A stretch of DNA of 62,910 nt, counting the filler, from Octopus bimaculoides (taxonomy: Eukaryota), in assembly GCF_001194135.2 (NCBI RefSeq). It is 6 parts of 6 records of this genome, joined end to end, with 100 filler letters (N's around TTAATTAATTAA, not from the genome) between each part and the next. Parts side by side here need not be neighbours in the genome. Positions count along the whole stretch, not along the records: positions 9,311 to 34,794 come from NC_068999.1; 5 more parts are not named here. The stretch is one strand, 5' to 3'. Positions 11,112 to 24,600 of this stretch are shown one piece after another (the first letter of the stretch is position 1; the number at the start of each line of letters is the position of its first letter). Below the pieces are notes generated by a model. That model did not search any database and was not told the DNA's origin. It saw only the letters and a list, made by a program, of their open reading frames with translations. Both the position numbers and the translations under genes were made by a program.

Positions 11112-14100
11112 TATATATCCGGAAATTATTATGATATAGTATCATACTTAATTATCTATTTAGGTTGTACAAAGTTCGTATTTAGAATGTCAGCCTCCAA
11201 GCGGGATATCTACATCTGTAATCAAGAACAACAGATGTTCTGCAGCCACGAAATAATGGGTAGGGAGAATAGAGTTAGTTTTAAAGATTAACTCAATAAT
11301 TTCTGTATTCTGCTTCTATTCAGCATAAAACGATTAGTAAATGTTAATATCATGTTTACAGTAGGTACTACGGATACGTTTGCAATAGATGTTTTTGTTA
11401 TAGCTAAGTATTAAGAAGAGATGGGGCAGTGTCCATGACCTTTCACGGGGCCTCCTAGACTGATAAAAGGAAGAGAGGAGTTTATACTCAGACCGGAGAC
11501 AAAAAATGAACGTTTCAATTTCCAACATAGAAACGAAATGAATTCTTGATATTAATCTCTGTAATATTTAAATTGGAAAATTAATCTTGATGTTTCATTT
11601 GTTTTCCAACGAATATTCATACGCATACATATTAAGTATGTATATAACTGTAATTAAATACATATATGTACATGTTTGAAGAAGTGAATACAAAAAGTCG
11701 AGTGAAAATATCTAACAGAATAGAATATACTTTGATGACAGTGATAAGAAAAAACAAGTTTTTTAATATTATTTGAAGAAGATATTTATCTAGAACAATT
11801 TCATATATTTCTTGATATTCTTTTACTTACAAATAAGCGAGAACATGCTTTCGAAACTTTCTTCTAAATTGTTGAAATATATTCCTATGACATTTTCTTC
11901 CTTTAAAAAATATGATGTATAGTTATCCTTTTGCAGAAAGAAATTCTTTACAAATGGTGGAGGGTTGCAAAATTAGTTAGTGTTACTAACACATTTATTC
12001 CTAACTCTCACGTAATTTCTAGAAAGGAATTCTGAAAACAAAACTCCGTATACCATTTCTTCATCATTTTTAGGTTTTGATAAAATATTTCCGGTGCATT
12101 TCTTTCAGTATTTTAAGAAAAGATATTCATAGTTTTTCTAAATTACGGAATGGTGAGGGTTTTTTTTTATCTGTTTTCTTAGTCGCACTTCTTGATGTTC
12201 GATTTTGTTTCATAACTCGTTCCTTGACAAAAATGACATTCAGATAGTTCGATTTTTGACAAGTGATTATAAAATGATATAGCTTAGAATTCTTTTCTGC
12301 TCTAAGCACAAGGCCCGAAATTTTGGGGGAGGGGGCCAGTCGATTAGATCGACCCAGTACACAACTGGTAATTAATTTATCGACCCCGAAAGGATGAAAG
12401 GCAAAGTCGACCTCGGCGGAATTTGAACTCAGAACGTAAAGACAGAAGAAATACCGCTAAACATTTGCCCGACGTGCTAACGTTTCTGCTAGCTCGCCGC
12501 CTTATATAGCTTAGAATTAGAATTATAACTGCTTTAAATATTACACGTTATCTCTTAGAAATATTAATATTTTACGTTCTGAGTTCAAATTCCGTTGAGG
12601 TCGACTTTGTCTTTCATCATTTCGGGGTGGATAAAATAAGTACCATTTGAGTTCTGAGGTCGATGTAATCAACTTAACACCTCACCCGAACTGGCTGGCC
12701 TTGTACAAAAAATTTGAAACCAATATTTTGTATCTTTAAAATGGCGAGCTGGCAGAATCGTTACCGCGCCGGAAAAAATGCTTAGCGGCATTTCTTCCGA
12801 CTATACGTTCTGAATCCAAATACCGCCGGGATCATCTTTGCTTTTCATCCTTTCGGGGTCAATAAAATAAGTACCAGTTGAATTCTGAGATCACTGTTAT
12901 TGACTAGCCCCTCCTCCGAACTTGCTGGCCTCATGCCAAAACTTGAAACCAATATGTTGTATCTTTCTTGTTTCCTAACGTTTATAATTTTTGTGTTCAG
13001 ACTTCAAATATTTCATTTAGTCAAAATGTTGAAGCTATTAAGGTCACTTATACGCTCACATCTATTCTATATAATTCTATATGACAAAAACCTTGTATTT
13101 AAAGCACAGAGAAATAACAGATTTTTCTTAATTCAAAATTTGCTCCTTCCGTAATTAGGAAGTAAAGTAATTCGCAGGAAACGTTTGAAGATATTTCAAC
13201 TCTCATTATAGGATTGTTTCTTGATTTAATCTTCTTCAGCTTATTTCAATATTAAATTATCTTGTTATTGTTGTTAATAGAAAGAGACTTACTTGATTCT
13301 TAATTGAAGAAACTGAAGCACAAAAGTAGACAATCGGAAGACTAATGATGCTGGCATAACTACAATTAAGTACTCCACTGTCGGCTTTTGCTTCCTCAAA
13401 ATTTTCTTAATAATGCATTCATTTACTATGAAATATTGTAGAGATATGTTTATGAAGGTGTAAATTAGAGTTAGGTCGTTCAAGTAAATTTTTTCTTAAG
13501 AAATTTTAAAAATTCATTCTAAATAGTTCAGCAACTTGCTCATAATTGTTGCATAAGAAAAAAATCTGTCATTATCATGAATGATATTTATTATAATACG
13601 AAATTACTCTTTAACTGTCTCAGTAATTGGACTGTGTCGTGCTGGAGTGGAGAGCTTGGCTGCAAAGCTTTTGTTGAACATATCGAATCCAGTACTTATT
13701 TTTCAAGCTGGTACTTATTCTATCATTCTCTTTGACCGAACTACTAAATTACGGAGACATAAACAAACCAACACCGGTTGTCAAGCTGTGGGGCGGACAA
13801 GCACAAGTGTAAAGACGCACACATACATATATATACTCTGGACTTCCATACAGTTTCCATGCAACTTCTACACATTTTCACTCACAAGGCATCGTTTGCC
13901 CTGGAGCTATAGTATAAGATACTTGTATTAAATACCGCTAAGTGAAACTGAAACCGAAACTACGTGGTTGCAAGGCGAGCTTCCTAACTACTCAGTCGTG
14001 CCTCTGACATGATGAAAAAAGTTCAAATTTTCCTCTTGCTTGTTGCAATACAGATCGAAAGTATCCAGTAATGGAAGCAAGAGAATACTGGCCAACTACA

Positions 14101-16526
14101 ATACTCTTCTCTGATTTCAGTATGCTTTGCAAAGATCATGGCCAAGTTTTTCAGCGATTAAAAGGGAATGAACTTTTCTTTCTGCATCATTCTTTCTTAT
14201 TGAAAAAAAAAATGATTTCAACATAATCTCACTTTCAAAAACATATCTGAAAAGCTTTTGTTTTAAACATGCATTATTAAAAATGTTGTGAGGAAACAAA
14301 TTCGGTAATAGTAGGCATTAAATTGTAGTTATAATAAAAATGTGAAAAACTATACATTTTAGAGTATATTTATTTTTCCATAGCCAATATTTCGTTATGA
14401 ACAATAGGATGGCCATTCACTTACTATTTCATCAACTAAGAAAGTTTAAGTCTATTGTCGTATGTCATGACCCAACAACTAACACAGGCGTATTTTATTA
14501 ATACATTACTTTCATGTGAATGCCTGGTAACTTCAGAAATATTTTACCTTGGGAATGATGTTTTTGATTGTACACCTTATGTAACAGGTTTTACTTCTTC
14601 AATTTCAAACTGGATAACTTAGTACATCAAAGAATTTGCCGATTGTTTTAAAGTTTTGTCCTCGTACTAAAGAAGGTTTCTTTCATAGAACGAGTACTTA
14701 ATTTTAGATTCTGGATTAGTTTATCGGTAGTCTTTCGAAGTACGTTTTATTAGTAAATATCTGGTATAAATCCCTAATAGTAGATAAAACCGATGATCTG
14801 GCCTGGACTTTAGTTTTTCTTCTAGTTTTTTTTTCTTTTTAAATTGATAGCTTTTATCTGTTACATCAAATAAAAATTAGCGCTTAGGTCTTTTTTTTTT
14901 CATATTTTTCGTCTGGTTAGAGGNNNNNNNNNNNNNNNNNNNNNNNNNNNNNNNNNNNNNNNNNNNNNNNNNNNNNNNNNNNNNNNNNNNNNNNNNNNNN
15001 NNNNNNNNNNNNNNNNNNNNNNNNNNNNNNNNNNNNNNNNNNNNNNNNNNNNNNNNNNNNNNNNNNNNNNNNNNNNNNNNNNNNNNNNNNNNNNNNNNNN
15101 NNNNNNNNNNNNNNNNNNNNNNNNNNNNNNNNNNNNNNNNNNNNNNNNNNNNNNNNNNNNNNNNNNNNNNNNNNNNNNNNNNNNNNNNNNNNNNNNNNNN
15201 NNNNNNNNNTTTAAATATTAAAAAAGAAGCTCGAAGTTTTACTGATCTTAATTAAGTCATTATGAAAGCATCTTTGAAGACTGATATATGCATACATATT
15301 AATAATTAATAATTAAATGTCAATTATTATACTTTAGATTACTTAAAATATTGTAACACTTTAACGGATACAACTATAATGTATTAAATGAAATTGGAAT
15401 ACAAGCCCTTTTAGTACAATAGAGGTTCTGTTGTATGTTATAATTTGTTTCGTTTTGTTTTTTTTTTCTAGAATTGGTCGCCGGAAGATTTTGCTAATTT
15501 CGTATCTTTTAAACATTTGTACCGGTATTGGCACCACCTGGGTTCCTGAATATATTTCCCTGGCTGTGATTCGTTTTGCACAAGGTATAGCATGTGCCGG
15601 AATAATTACAACGGCCTTTGTACTAGGTAAGTCATACAGAATTCATTGAAATCTAAAATATCAAACAAGAGTTAAAATTAACCGAATCTCTACATTGTCA
15701 GCCTACAACCAACCATAAATGCTCCTTACTTGTATCTAAGTTGTAGTTTGTGTATGACAAATATATTTAACTCGCATTGTTTGATGTAGAGAGACAGCAT
15801 GTAATCATCTTTCGATACAGCAAGAGTGTCTTATAAAACAGAAGTCTTTTGTTATTTGTTACTGTCAGACTCAAATCTCTATCACTGCTTCGTATTACTT
15901 TAGAACGTTGTCGACTATCTCGACACCTGTATGCCGATATGGTTGCCAAGGTTTCCTTAGAATGGGACGCCTCCCAATGCCTCGGGTATCCTCAGCTGCG
16001 ACATGCAGAAAAGAGGGGAGAAAACATCTTTCGCTGACCGGCTGCGTGATTCGATACGGTTCTGATAGTTGACCATTTAGCCTGACGATTGTATAGCTGA
16101 TTCTATACAATAAAGCAGTCTACCCTCTGAAATCGAGAGCGAACCCGTTTGCATTGTAGTCAACAGCCAGATAGTCATAGCCGACCCTGCCAAAAGCTTT
16201 CAACAGGACCAAATTAACCAGAGCCCCATCAAAACCAAATTTACTCACTAACTTCTCACGAGTGGGAGATTGTTGTCGCCAGCAACAGTAGACATCTGCT
16301 AAAGCCTTGGCAAACAAGTCTGCCTGTAGTTATAACAATCGAAGGGAAGGTCATCCAAGCCATGCAATTTACTTGTCGAACAATCACATATTGCTAACAG
16401 TGTCACAGACGCTGTTATTATGGAATAAAGGTTTTTAAAGTACTTATCATTTTTCAATTCTGTGTCATGAGTAAAATTACTATGATCGAATTTACCTTTC
16501 AGACCTCTGAAATCGATAAAGTAGTT

Positions 16527-16577
<51 letters not shown>

Positions 16578-18198
16578 TACTGAGATCGCCCATACCCTTC
16601 CTCTTTAACTTGTGACATTGTGCCTACGCAAGAAATGGGTTTTGAGTTTTGAAAAATAAATTCAACTAAATAATAACAAAACAATTTTTCAAGTTTAGGA
16701 CATTGTCCTAGAGTAAGTGATAGGATCTTCCAAGAGCGAATTTTCACCCATTTTTACACCTGAAGCCGTCCTCTGACGAAGTCTCCAAAGCTTCACATGA
16801 AAAAAAAATTATAATCAAAACTAATTCAATTTGTAAACTTAAGAATTTGTAAAAATTGCTCAAAACAGTAGTTCAAATTGATTTGTAAAATTAAAAATTG
16901 CGCTCTCCATAAATTCTTGTTAAGTGGAAATTCGCTTTTGACAATAAGACAGGTTCCTTGCCCGTGTAGTACAGAGTACAGTGTAAATTTCTTTGGTGCG
17001 TTCCTTCAGAATCCTCGTTTTTGTAGTAAATGTTGGCTAGTTTAGACAATCTAAGTAAATGGAGATTACACTGGATCTCGTCCATGGCCTTCTCAAGGGC
17101 ATTATCACACGAGTAAAATTAAGTTACAATGCATATGTAATTGAAATTGTACCCTGGACTCGATCAGTCAATAATTTATTGTAACATCTTATTTTATTAA
17201 TTGTTGAGTGGTGGAAAAGAAAGATTTTAATTTTGAACGTAGTAGGATTTGTGCCAGCTGAAGAATGGGTACTTGTAAGGAAAAATACGCGCCTCATTTC
17301 CTATGAAATCCAGCTGTTGCGGTTTTCCAGCTGGGTTGGTTGGCTATATCCTGGCAACTGGGTCGATTGGATTATAATCCTAACGACTGTGTGTGTGTGT
17401 GTGGGTGTGTGTGTTAGTGCAAGAAATCAATGGAGATGGATGACTTTTAAAGCTTCTAGTCGCGTTTTTGCAGGTGAATTAGAAAGTTATCCCTTCTGTA
17501 TTGTTTATATTCTTTTTCTGTAAGAGTATGTCTTCAAATCAAAATCAAAATCAAAATCAAAATCAAAATCAAAATCAAAATAAAGGAATACATTAAGGAT
17601 TACGCTTGTAATGCAGAACAGTATTTCTTTGGTGTCTATTTTATCAGCCCCGGATGTATAAAGGGCAAAACCTCCCTTGATGGAATTTGAAGTCATAACG
17701 TAGAAGGACAAACTAAATATGAGTATAATCATACTATAATCCACATTAACTGAAATATGACGGTATGTTGTAGAGAGCGGGTAACTGCTTAATAAACACG
17801 CGCGCGCGCGCACACACATACATACATACACACATACATACATACATACATACATACATACATACAAAAATATCCCGTTGATGTTGTTGAAATTCCAATA
17901 AAGGAACCTTGGATCTAGGTTAGAAATCGGCTCTTTCTCTATTGGCAAAAAATCTTGAAATATAACTGAATGACATGCATACATACATACATACATACAT
18001 ACATACATACATACATACATACATGCATGCATTTCAGTTTTATATTTAAGAGATGAAGACTTATGTACATTATTTACATTTGACGGATATTTGTCCACAT
18101 CTGATATACCCTCCAGCCTTCATGAGGTGTCTTGGGGAAATTTCGAACCTGAGTTCTCATTCCTAAGGTATTTTTCGATGTTGTTGTTATTATTTTTA

Positions 18199-18230
<32 letters not shown>

Positions 18231-18600
18231 GTTATTATTATTATTCATGCTTGGAATCGAACTCGAAATCTTGGGGTTAGTATCCCACGCACTTAACCAT
18301 TACGCCATGTTCAGATTTATACCTGTAATTATTGGAGAACTGGGATATGTAACAAACTACCTAAAAACCAATCTTGAAAATTTAGGCTTCTCAAAACCAG
18401 AAAGGCGAAAGCTGATTCGAAGACTACAGATCCAAGCCAATCACTCGAAATGTAAAAATATGTAAAACAATCCAGAAATTTATCATTTACTAGACATGCA
18501 ACTATATGCATGAGAATACATATGCCCACGGGCATATGGCGTAGTGATTAAGAACGCGGGATACTAACCCCAAGATTCCGAGTTCGATTCCAAGCAGTGA

Positions 18601-18644
<44 letters not shown>

Positions 18645-20984
18645 TAGAAAAATACCTTCGGAATGAGAACCCAGGTTCGAAATTTCCCCAGAACACCTGA
18701 TGAAGGCTGGAGGGTATATCAGCTGAAACGTTGTGTTAACAACAAACAAGATGAAGACAAATATCCGTCAAATGTAAATAATGTAAATAATGTATACATA
18801 CATTTCCTCTTTTAAAACAGATTAGATATTAATGAATGAAATTCGCATTTGCCGCGCAGGACAAATTATTGTTTGAAATTGATGAAATTCTGAAATTGTT
18901 GTTAATTTCGTTGTTTCTAGGTATTGAAATAGTCGGTCCTACATATCGGAAAGTCGCAGGAATTCTTTTCGAGTTCTTTTTTGCTTTTGGATTCGTCCTT
19001 CTCGCTGGTTTGGCCTACCTGATCCGTAACTGGAAGTACTTAGAGTTGGCTGTGTCTCTTCCTACAATTACTTTCGTAATTATTTGGTTGTAAGTACCAT
19101 TTTCAGTTTCTATCTTCTTTTATAACGATCTAACTAGATTCAATATTTTTGGTGAAGCTGTCGACTTTGCTATTGTTAACTTTTGAGCACATCTCTAACG
19201 TTGTGGACTACTCATTGCAGAAACTAAATAAGAAAAAGAAGGTGGTGGAGGCGGAAGAGGAGAGGATAATGGTGATTTTTGTACGGCAGTTGAGAGCAAA
19301 AGTGACCTTATAGCAATAGCAACATTAACAACAACAACAATAATAATAACTATTACTACTACTACTACTATTATTATTATTATTATTATTATAAAGAAGT
19401 GAACCTAAATGAAAACCAACAATGGCTCAAAGGCTCTGAACTAATAGCAGACGCAGAAGGACTAATTCACGCTGCACAAGACCAATGCCTAACTACAAAC
19501 CACTATTAAAGCAAAATAATGAAAATAGGCCCCAATACCAAATGCAGAATGTGAAACCAGCACAATGTGACAGTTGAGTACATCATCTCTAGCTGCCCAC
19601 TCTTTGCCAAAACTGAACATATATATACAGAGATAACCGAGTAAGTAATTATATCCATTGGACAATATGCCAAAACTACAGCATAAAAACTGACAGTAAA
19701 TGATATAAACATGTGTCAAATAAGCTGCATGACAACGACCAGGCCACAATCATACTGGATATGTTTGTTTAAACTGACAAAGAAATAAAAGCTAATCGCC
19801 CAGACATAATAATCAAGGATTCGGAAAAAAGACACCTGCTTACTTATAGACATTACAGTCCCTTCTGACCAAAACATTGCCCCAAAAGAAGTGGAGAAAT
19901 TTTCAAAGTACAAACACCTCGATATTGAAAAAGTTAAGATGTAGGGCATGTCAGTGAAAACAATACTAGTAATAATTTGAGCATTGGGCATGATAAGAAA
20001 CATGAAAAAAACGTAGAAGCAATATCTCAAAAGTACACATATCTCAAAAGTAATCCTGCTAGGAACAGCCCACGTCCTACGTAAAACACTACCAATTCAG
20101 TAATACAACCTAAACAAAACAATCAACAAACACAAGACACACTCTATATAGCAAATATCCAATGAAATAAACAACCACCAGCAGGCCAAATACCCAACGC
20201 ATTACAGACACAACACACAATACAAACACTAATACAACAAAAGACTGCAGCAGACCCCATAACAAAAGAAACTGACACAATACAATACCGGGAAGAGTTT
20301 GCATTTCCCAACAACAACAAAAACTCACAATGCTTCACACACCCCAGCAACACGGAGATATAGCAGGTGATGCATTAGAAATTTGCTTGAAACTACCAAA
20401 GAAGAAGAAGAAGTCAAGTATGAACATGAACAAGAAGGAGTCACCGAGAACAAGGAATATAAGAATCTGTGGGATTTTACACTCGAATGTGACTCCCTAA
20501 TCGATGCTCGGAGACCAAATATTGTTGTGGTAGATAAAACGAGAAAGGAAACCAAGATTATAAATATTGCCATACCTGGAGATGCACGCATAAATAACAA
20601 AGAACTAGAAAAGATTGAAAAGTACAGACTACTAAAGGACGAAATTGCAAGTATGTGGACTGTAAGGAGAGTGTCTGTCAACCCTGTAGTTGTAGGAGCA
20701 CTCGGAGCACTAACAACCAAGTTCGAGAAATATGTCAGAGAGATCGGAATTGTCTTGAGAGCAGAGTAAGCCCCCCAAACTACTCTGCTGGGGGACAGCT
20801 TGGATTCTGGGATAGATACTCGGATGTTGAATGTCTTCCACGATAATTAACAGCCAAGTATCAAAGCTTATAGTGTTCGGAAAGAGACCTCTGACAACAG
20901 GCTGCTGTCCGCTCTCACAGATCAACCACAGCAAATAAGACCAAGCACTCCGAGAAGTAAAACAATAATAATAATAATAATAAC

Positions 20985-21050
<66 letters not shown>

Positions 21051-21622
21051 CCAAAGCTAATAAGCTAGATATTGTTGTGAAAGACCAAAACAATAAAGTT
21101 TGTTTATTGATTGACGTGATCATACCTTGTAATCATAATATCTCAGCAAAAGAATTTGATAAGCTCAGAAAATATAAAGATTTGTGGCTTGAAATCGAAA
21201 AAAATGTGGCATTTCAAGACGGTTACAACACCAGTGATTGTAGGGGCACTTGAAATGATAAAAAAAGAGAACTGAAAATTGAGGATGATCCCTGGCTTAT
21301 CATCCATGCAATAAGTGCAAAAAATTGTTTTAACTGGTACGTCACACGTATTGAGAAGAGCACTGTCACTGTGAATTTTCTTTCCTTTTTCCTCACCTAT
21401 TCTCTTCGTTTCTTTTATCTATTTTTCCTTTTTTAATTTTATTTTTATCTTTTATTTTTATTCTTTTTTATTCCTCTTTTTTTTTTCTTCCTCTAATTCT
21501 ATCGCATGACTTTTTAAATAACCAATCTGGTATGTTTATTTTAATGGCCTACCAATGCATACGGTAAGTTTGTCCTAGGCGTCAGGAAGACACGCGGCAA
21601 GAAGTGGAAACAAAATTGAAGA

Positions 21623-21685
<63 letters not shown>

Positions 21686-24600
21686 TAATAATAATAACTG
21701 AAGAAGAAAGAGATCACAAGAGAACATGGAAAAGAAAGACCAGACAGTAGAAAAGCCAAATAACAACATAAGAGATATAATTCAAACCAAAGAAGAATTT
21801 AAAGGAAAAAATAATGATAACGCTACCAATTAGGAAGGGACGACTGGCACCAGCGATTTAAGTGCGGATGATGAGAAGATTTTAGAGAAATTGAAGGAAG
21901 CAATGAGTAAAAAAGAAAGAAAGAAAAAGATTACCAGCGTTAAAAGGTACCAACAGAAGGAAGCTGCTAGATCTGACTAGGAAAGTAGATTCTGATATCA
22001 GTAGGATAGAGACTAAAAATATAAGTGGCACTAACTTATTGATTTATGCAGGAGGGGTAGTTGCCACTAGAAGATTAGGTATTTCTCATGGAAGGATTAG
22101 AAAAGAGCAAATGTGGAAAAGGGGATTACAAAATAAAGTGAAGACTTTAAGACAAGATTAGAGTAGAATACATACCTGGAAATTGAACAAGTTAGAAAGC
22201 ACAAGATTTAAATCTTCTCTAGAAAAAAGAGAAAGCATTTGAGATAGTAATGGAAGAGTTTATTTCAGAAAAAAATACAACAGAATAGATTATTTGAGAT
22301 ATGCCAGAGGAGATTTTATAGCCAAATAAATAGTGGAGAAGAAAGTACTGAGGATGAGAAACCTAATGCAGAAGCTAGAAAATTCTGGAATGATATTTGG
22401 AATACGCTAGTCAATCATAATGGAAATGCAGCATGGTTAAAGAGAATAGAAGTAGTCAGTGAGAAGCAAACAGATCTAAGAATAACTAGTGTATTAATGA
22501 GAAAAGTGTTAGGAAAAATACCGAAATGGAAGGGGCCAGAACCAGATTTAGTTCAACGGTACAGGTTAAAAAAATTAGTAGCTTACATGAGAGATTAAGG
22601 GAGCAACTTCAGGATTGCCTGAATGGAGGAGTAATACCAGATTAGCTGATTAGAGGAGGAACAGTACTTCTTATGAAAGACAAAAGCAAGGATAATACAG
22701 CAAGTAACTATAGACCAATCACTTGCTTACCATTAGTGTGGAAGCTGGGTTTTTGTTTTTCTCTTTCCAATCTGTCTTTGTTTTCAATTTTATTTATTTC
22801 TATCCCCTATAACTGACAGATACATTCCAGAATCCCCACGATGGCTACAGAGTCGGGGAGACCGTGAACGATTTGAAGATGTTATGCGGAAGATAGCAGA
22901 AGGTAACGGCGTCGAAGTGTCACCAAAATTGTTTGATTCTTTAGAATTTCGTGAAAATTCCAAGACAGTACCATTATGGATTATATTTACCTCTAAGAAG
23001 CTAACGCTTCAAAGTCTGATTATTTTCCTCAACTGGTAAGTAAATCATATAAATTTCTTGATTTTTATTGAGATTCCTCCTTGAAAGTGAAATTTCGCAT
23101 AGCTGTATCAAACATAAGCAAAAAGCCTTAAATTTGTAGAGAAGGAAGTTACTGGTACTTTCCTTTATAGTTTTATAGACCCTAGAGCGATGAAAGGAAA
23201 TGTTGACCTCGGAAGAATTTAAAATCAGAAGTATGAAGTACGGTACTGAATAAAGTGAAGCATTTTGTCCGACACCCTACCAATTCTGCTAGTTCATGGC
23301 CCTCTATAGTGACAACATTAACATATATCGAAAATTATCTTCATGATTTGTCAGCACATATAAGAATTTAGTTCCGAAATTTGTAGCATTACGGATCGAT
23401 CAATTTTCAGTCAGTTAAAACACTAGTATATATCAATAGTATTTCCTCTCTCGAAAGAGTTCAGTACATACTTGGGTTCTTAGTTCCATACCCAGAAACA
23501 TCTACTGTAGATATTATATAGGATATAAATATATTACCTAGAATAAAACATTATCAAGATGTTTTTCCATAATCAAATATTCCAGAATACAGAGCTACAT
23601 GATGACATTTCAGGTTTGGCTCAAAACGTTTTCTTCAAAATACATGCGAGGTCTGATCAATAAGTATCCGGACTGTTGCCATTTCAGTGATACGTTTCCA
23701 TGAGTTATATTTCAAGCTTGTGATATTCAGTTGGTATGATCTGGAGTGATATCTTCTAGAAAATGAATGGTCATAATTGGAATAAATGGGCGTAGATCCT
23801 TTGCAAATGTTTGACATTATTTGGTGAAGGGGAGAGACATTGAAATGATGTTCAGAAACAATGGGCTCTGATCAGCCTATAGCAAAAAGTGGTCCTTTAC
23901 AGTAAGCTATATTCTTCCAGATTTAACTGTTCCCTGCAAGCATTCTGTTGCCCATGTTTCAATATGGTTGCACCAAACATATACGTAGACTGATCAATAA
24001 GTATCCGGACTTTTCCCATAGTAACGAAGCTAAAACACGCAGAATAAAGCTACTTGGCACAGATTGACCTTGAACTCTGCTGTGCATGCGTACTAAATTT
24101 TAACGTTCTAACTGACTTCTGCTGTTTATAGCAGTGCTTGGAAGGAACGTTTTTAGCGTGTTCGTCGCATTGACCATGACAGAGAAACTTGAGCAGAGAA
24201 TCTGCATCATATTTTGCCAAAAGCTTGGTGCACCTGCTCAGAGGTCTACGCAAAGTTTTCAAAAAGTTTTCACCGTTCTCGACAATCAAGAAGATGTTGT
24301 GCAGCTGAAACCCAAGTGTCTTTTTGGTCAGCTGAAAGCATTTTTGGCAGACACACATCTCATACCCAAATCTTCTGTGATAATGGAGTGAACTGAACCG
24401 TAATTAATTTGCGCATCTTCTGATAACTCAACGGTGGTAATTCGACGATTTCCCCTCACAGCTGCAGGCGCATCTTCGATGCTTTTCTGAGTTCTGTTGG
24501 TTGCGGGTCTCCTAAAACGTTCGTCAATATCGACATTTTTCGGCCATCTTGGAAACTTCTGAACCACTCGTACACTTGTGTGCGGCTCATACACTCTTCA

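Larger units (their letters stand above)
18035..18800. mobile_element. Head-to-head palindromic element with tRNA-like A/B boxes, (AAT)n and a Penelope-like/hammerhead tail in each arm; an RLE fragment is inserted at its axis
   Basis: Left arm (about 18035-18308) is the reverse complement of right arm (about 18520-18800). Right arm has A box TGGCGTAGTGA at 18537-18547 and B box GAGTTCGATTCC at 18580-18591. Confidence 0.8.

Noticed and set aside
16765-16805. CTGACGA...GAAA as a hammerhead
   Set aside because: No convincing helix I, II or III.
16891-17085. [16 protein letters not shown] as a Polinton or other integrase
   Set aside because: Similarity is limited to a few residues, with no catalytic motifs.
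18531-18600. tRNA gene calls for A/B-box segments (also 12738, 35450, 49420)
   Set aside because: I could not fold a full cloverleaf, and each runs into repeat bodies; they are SINE heads.
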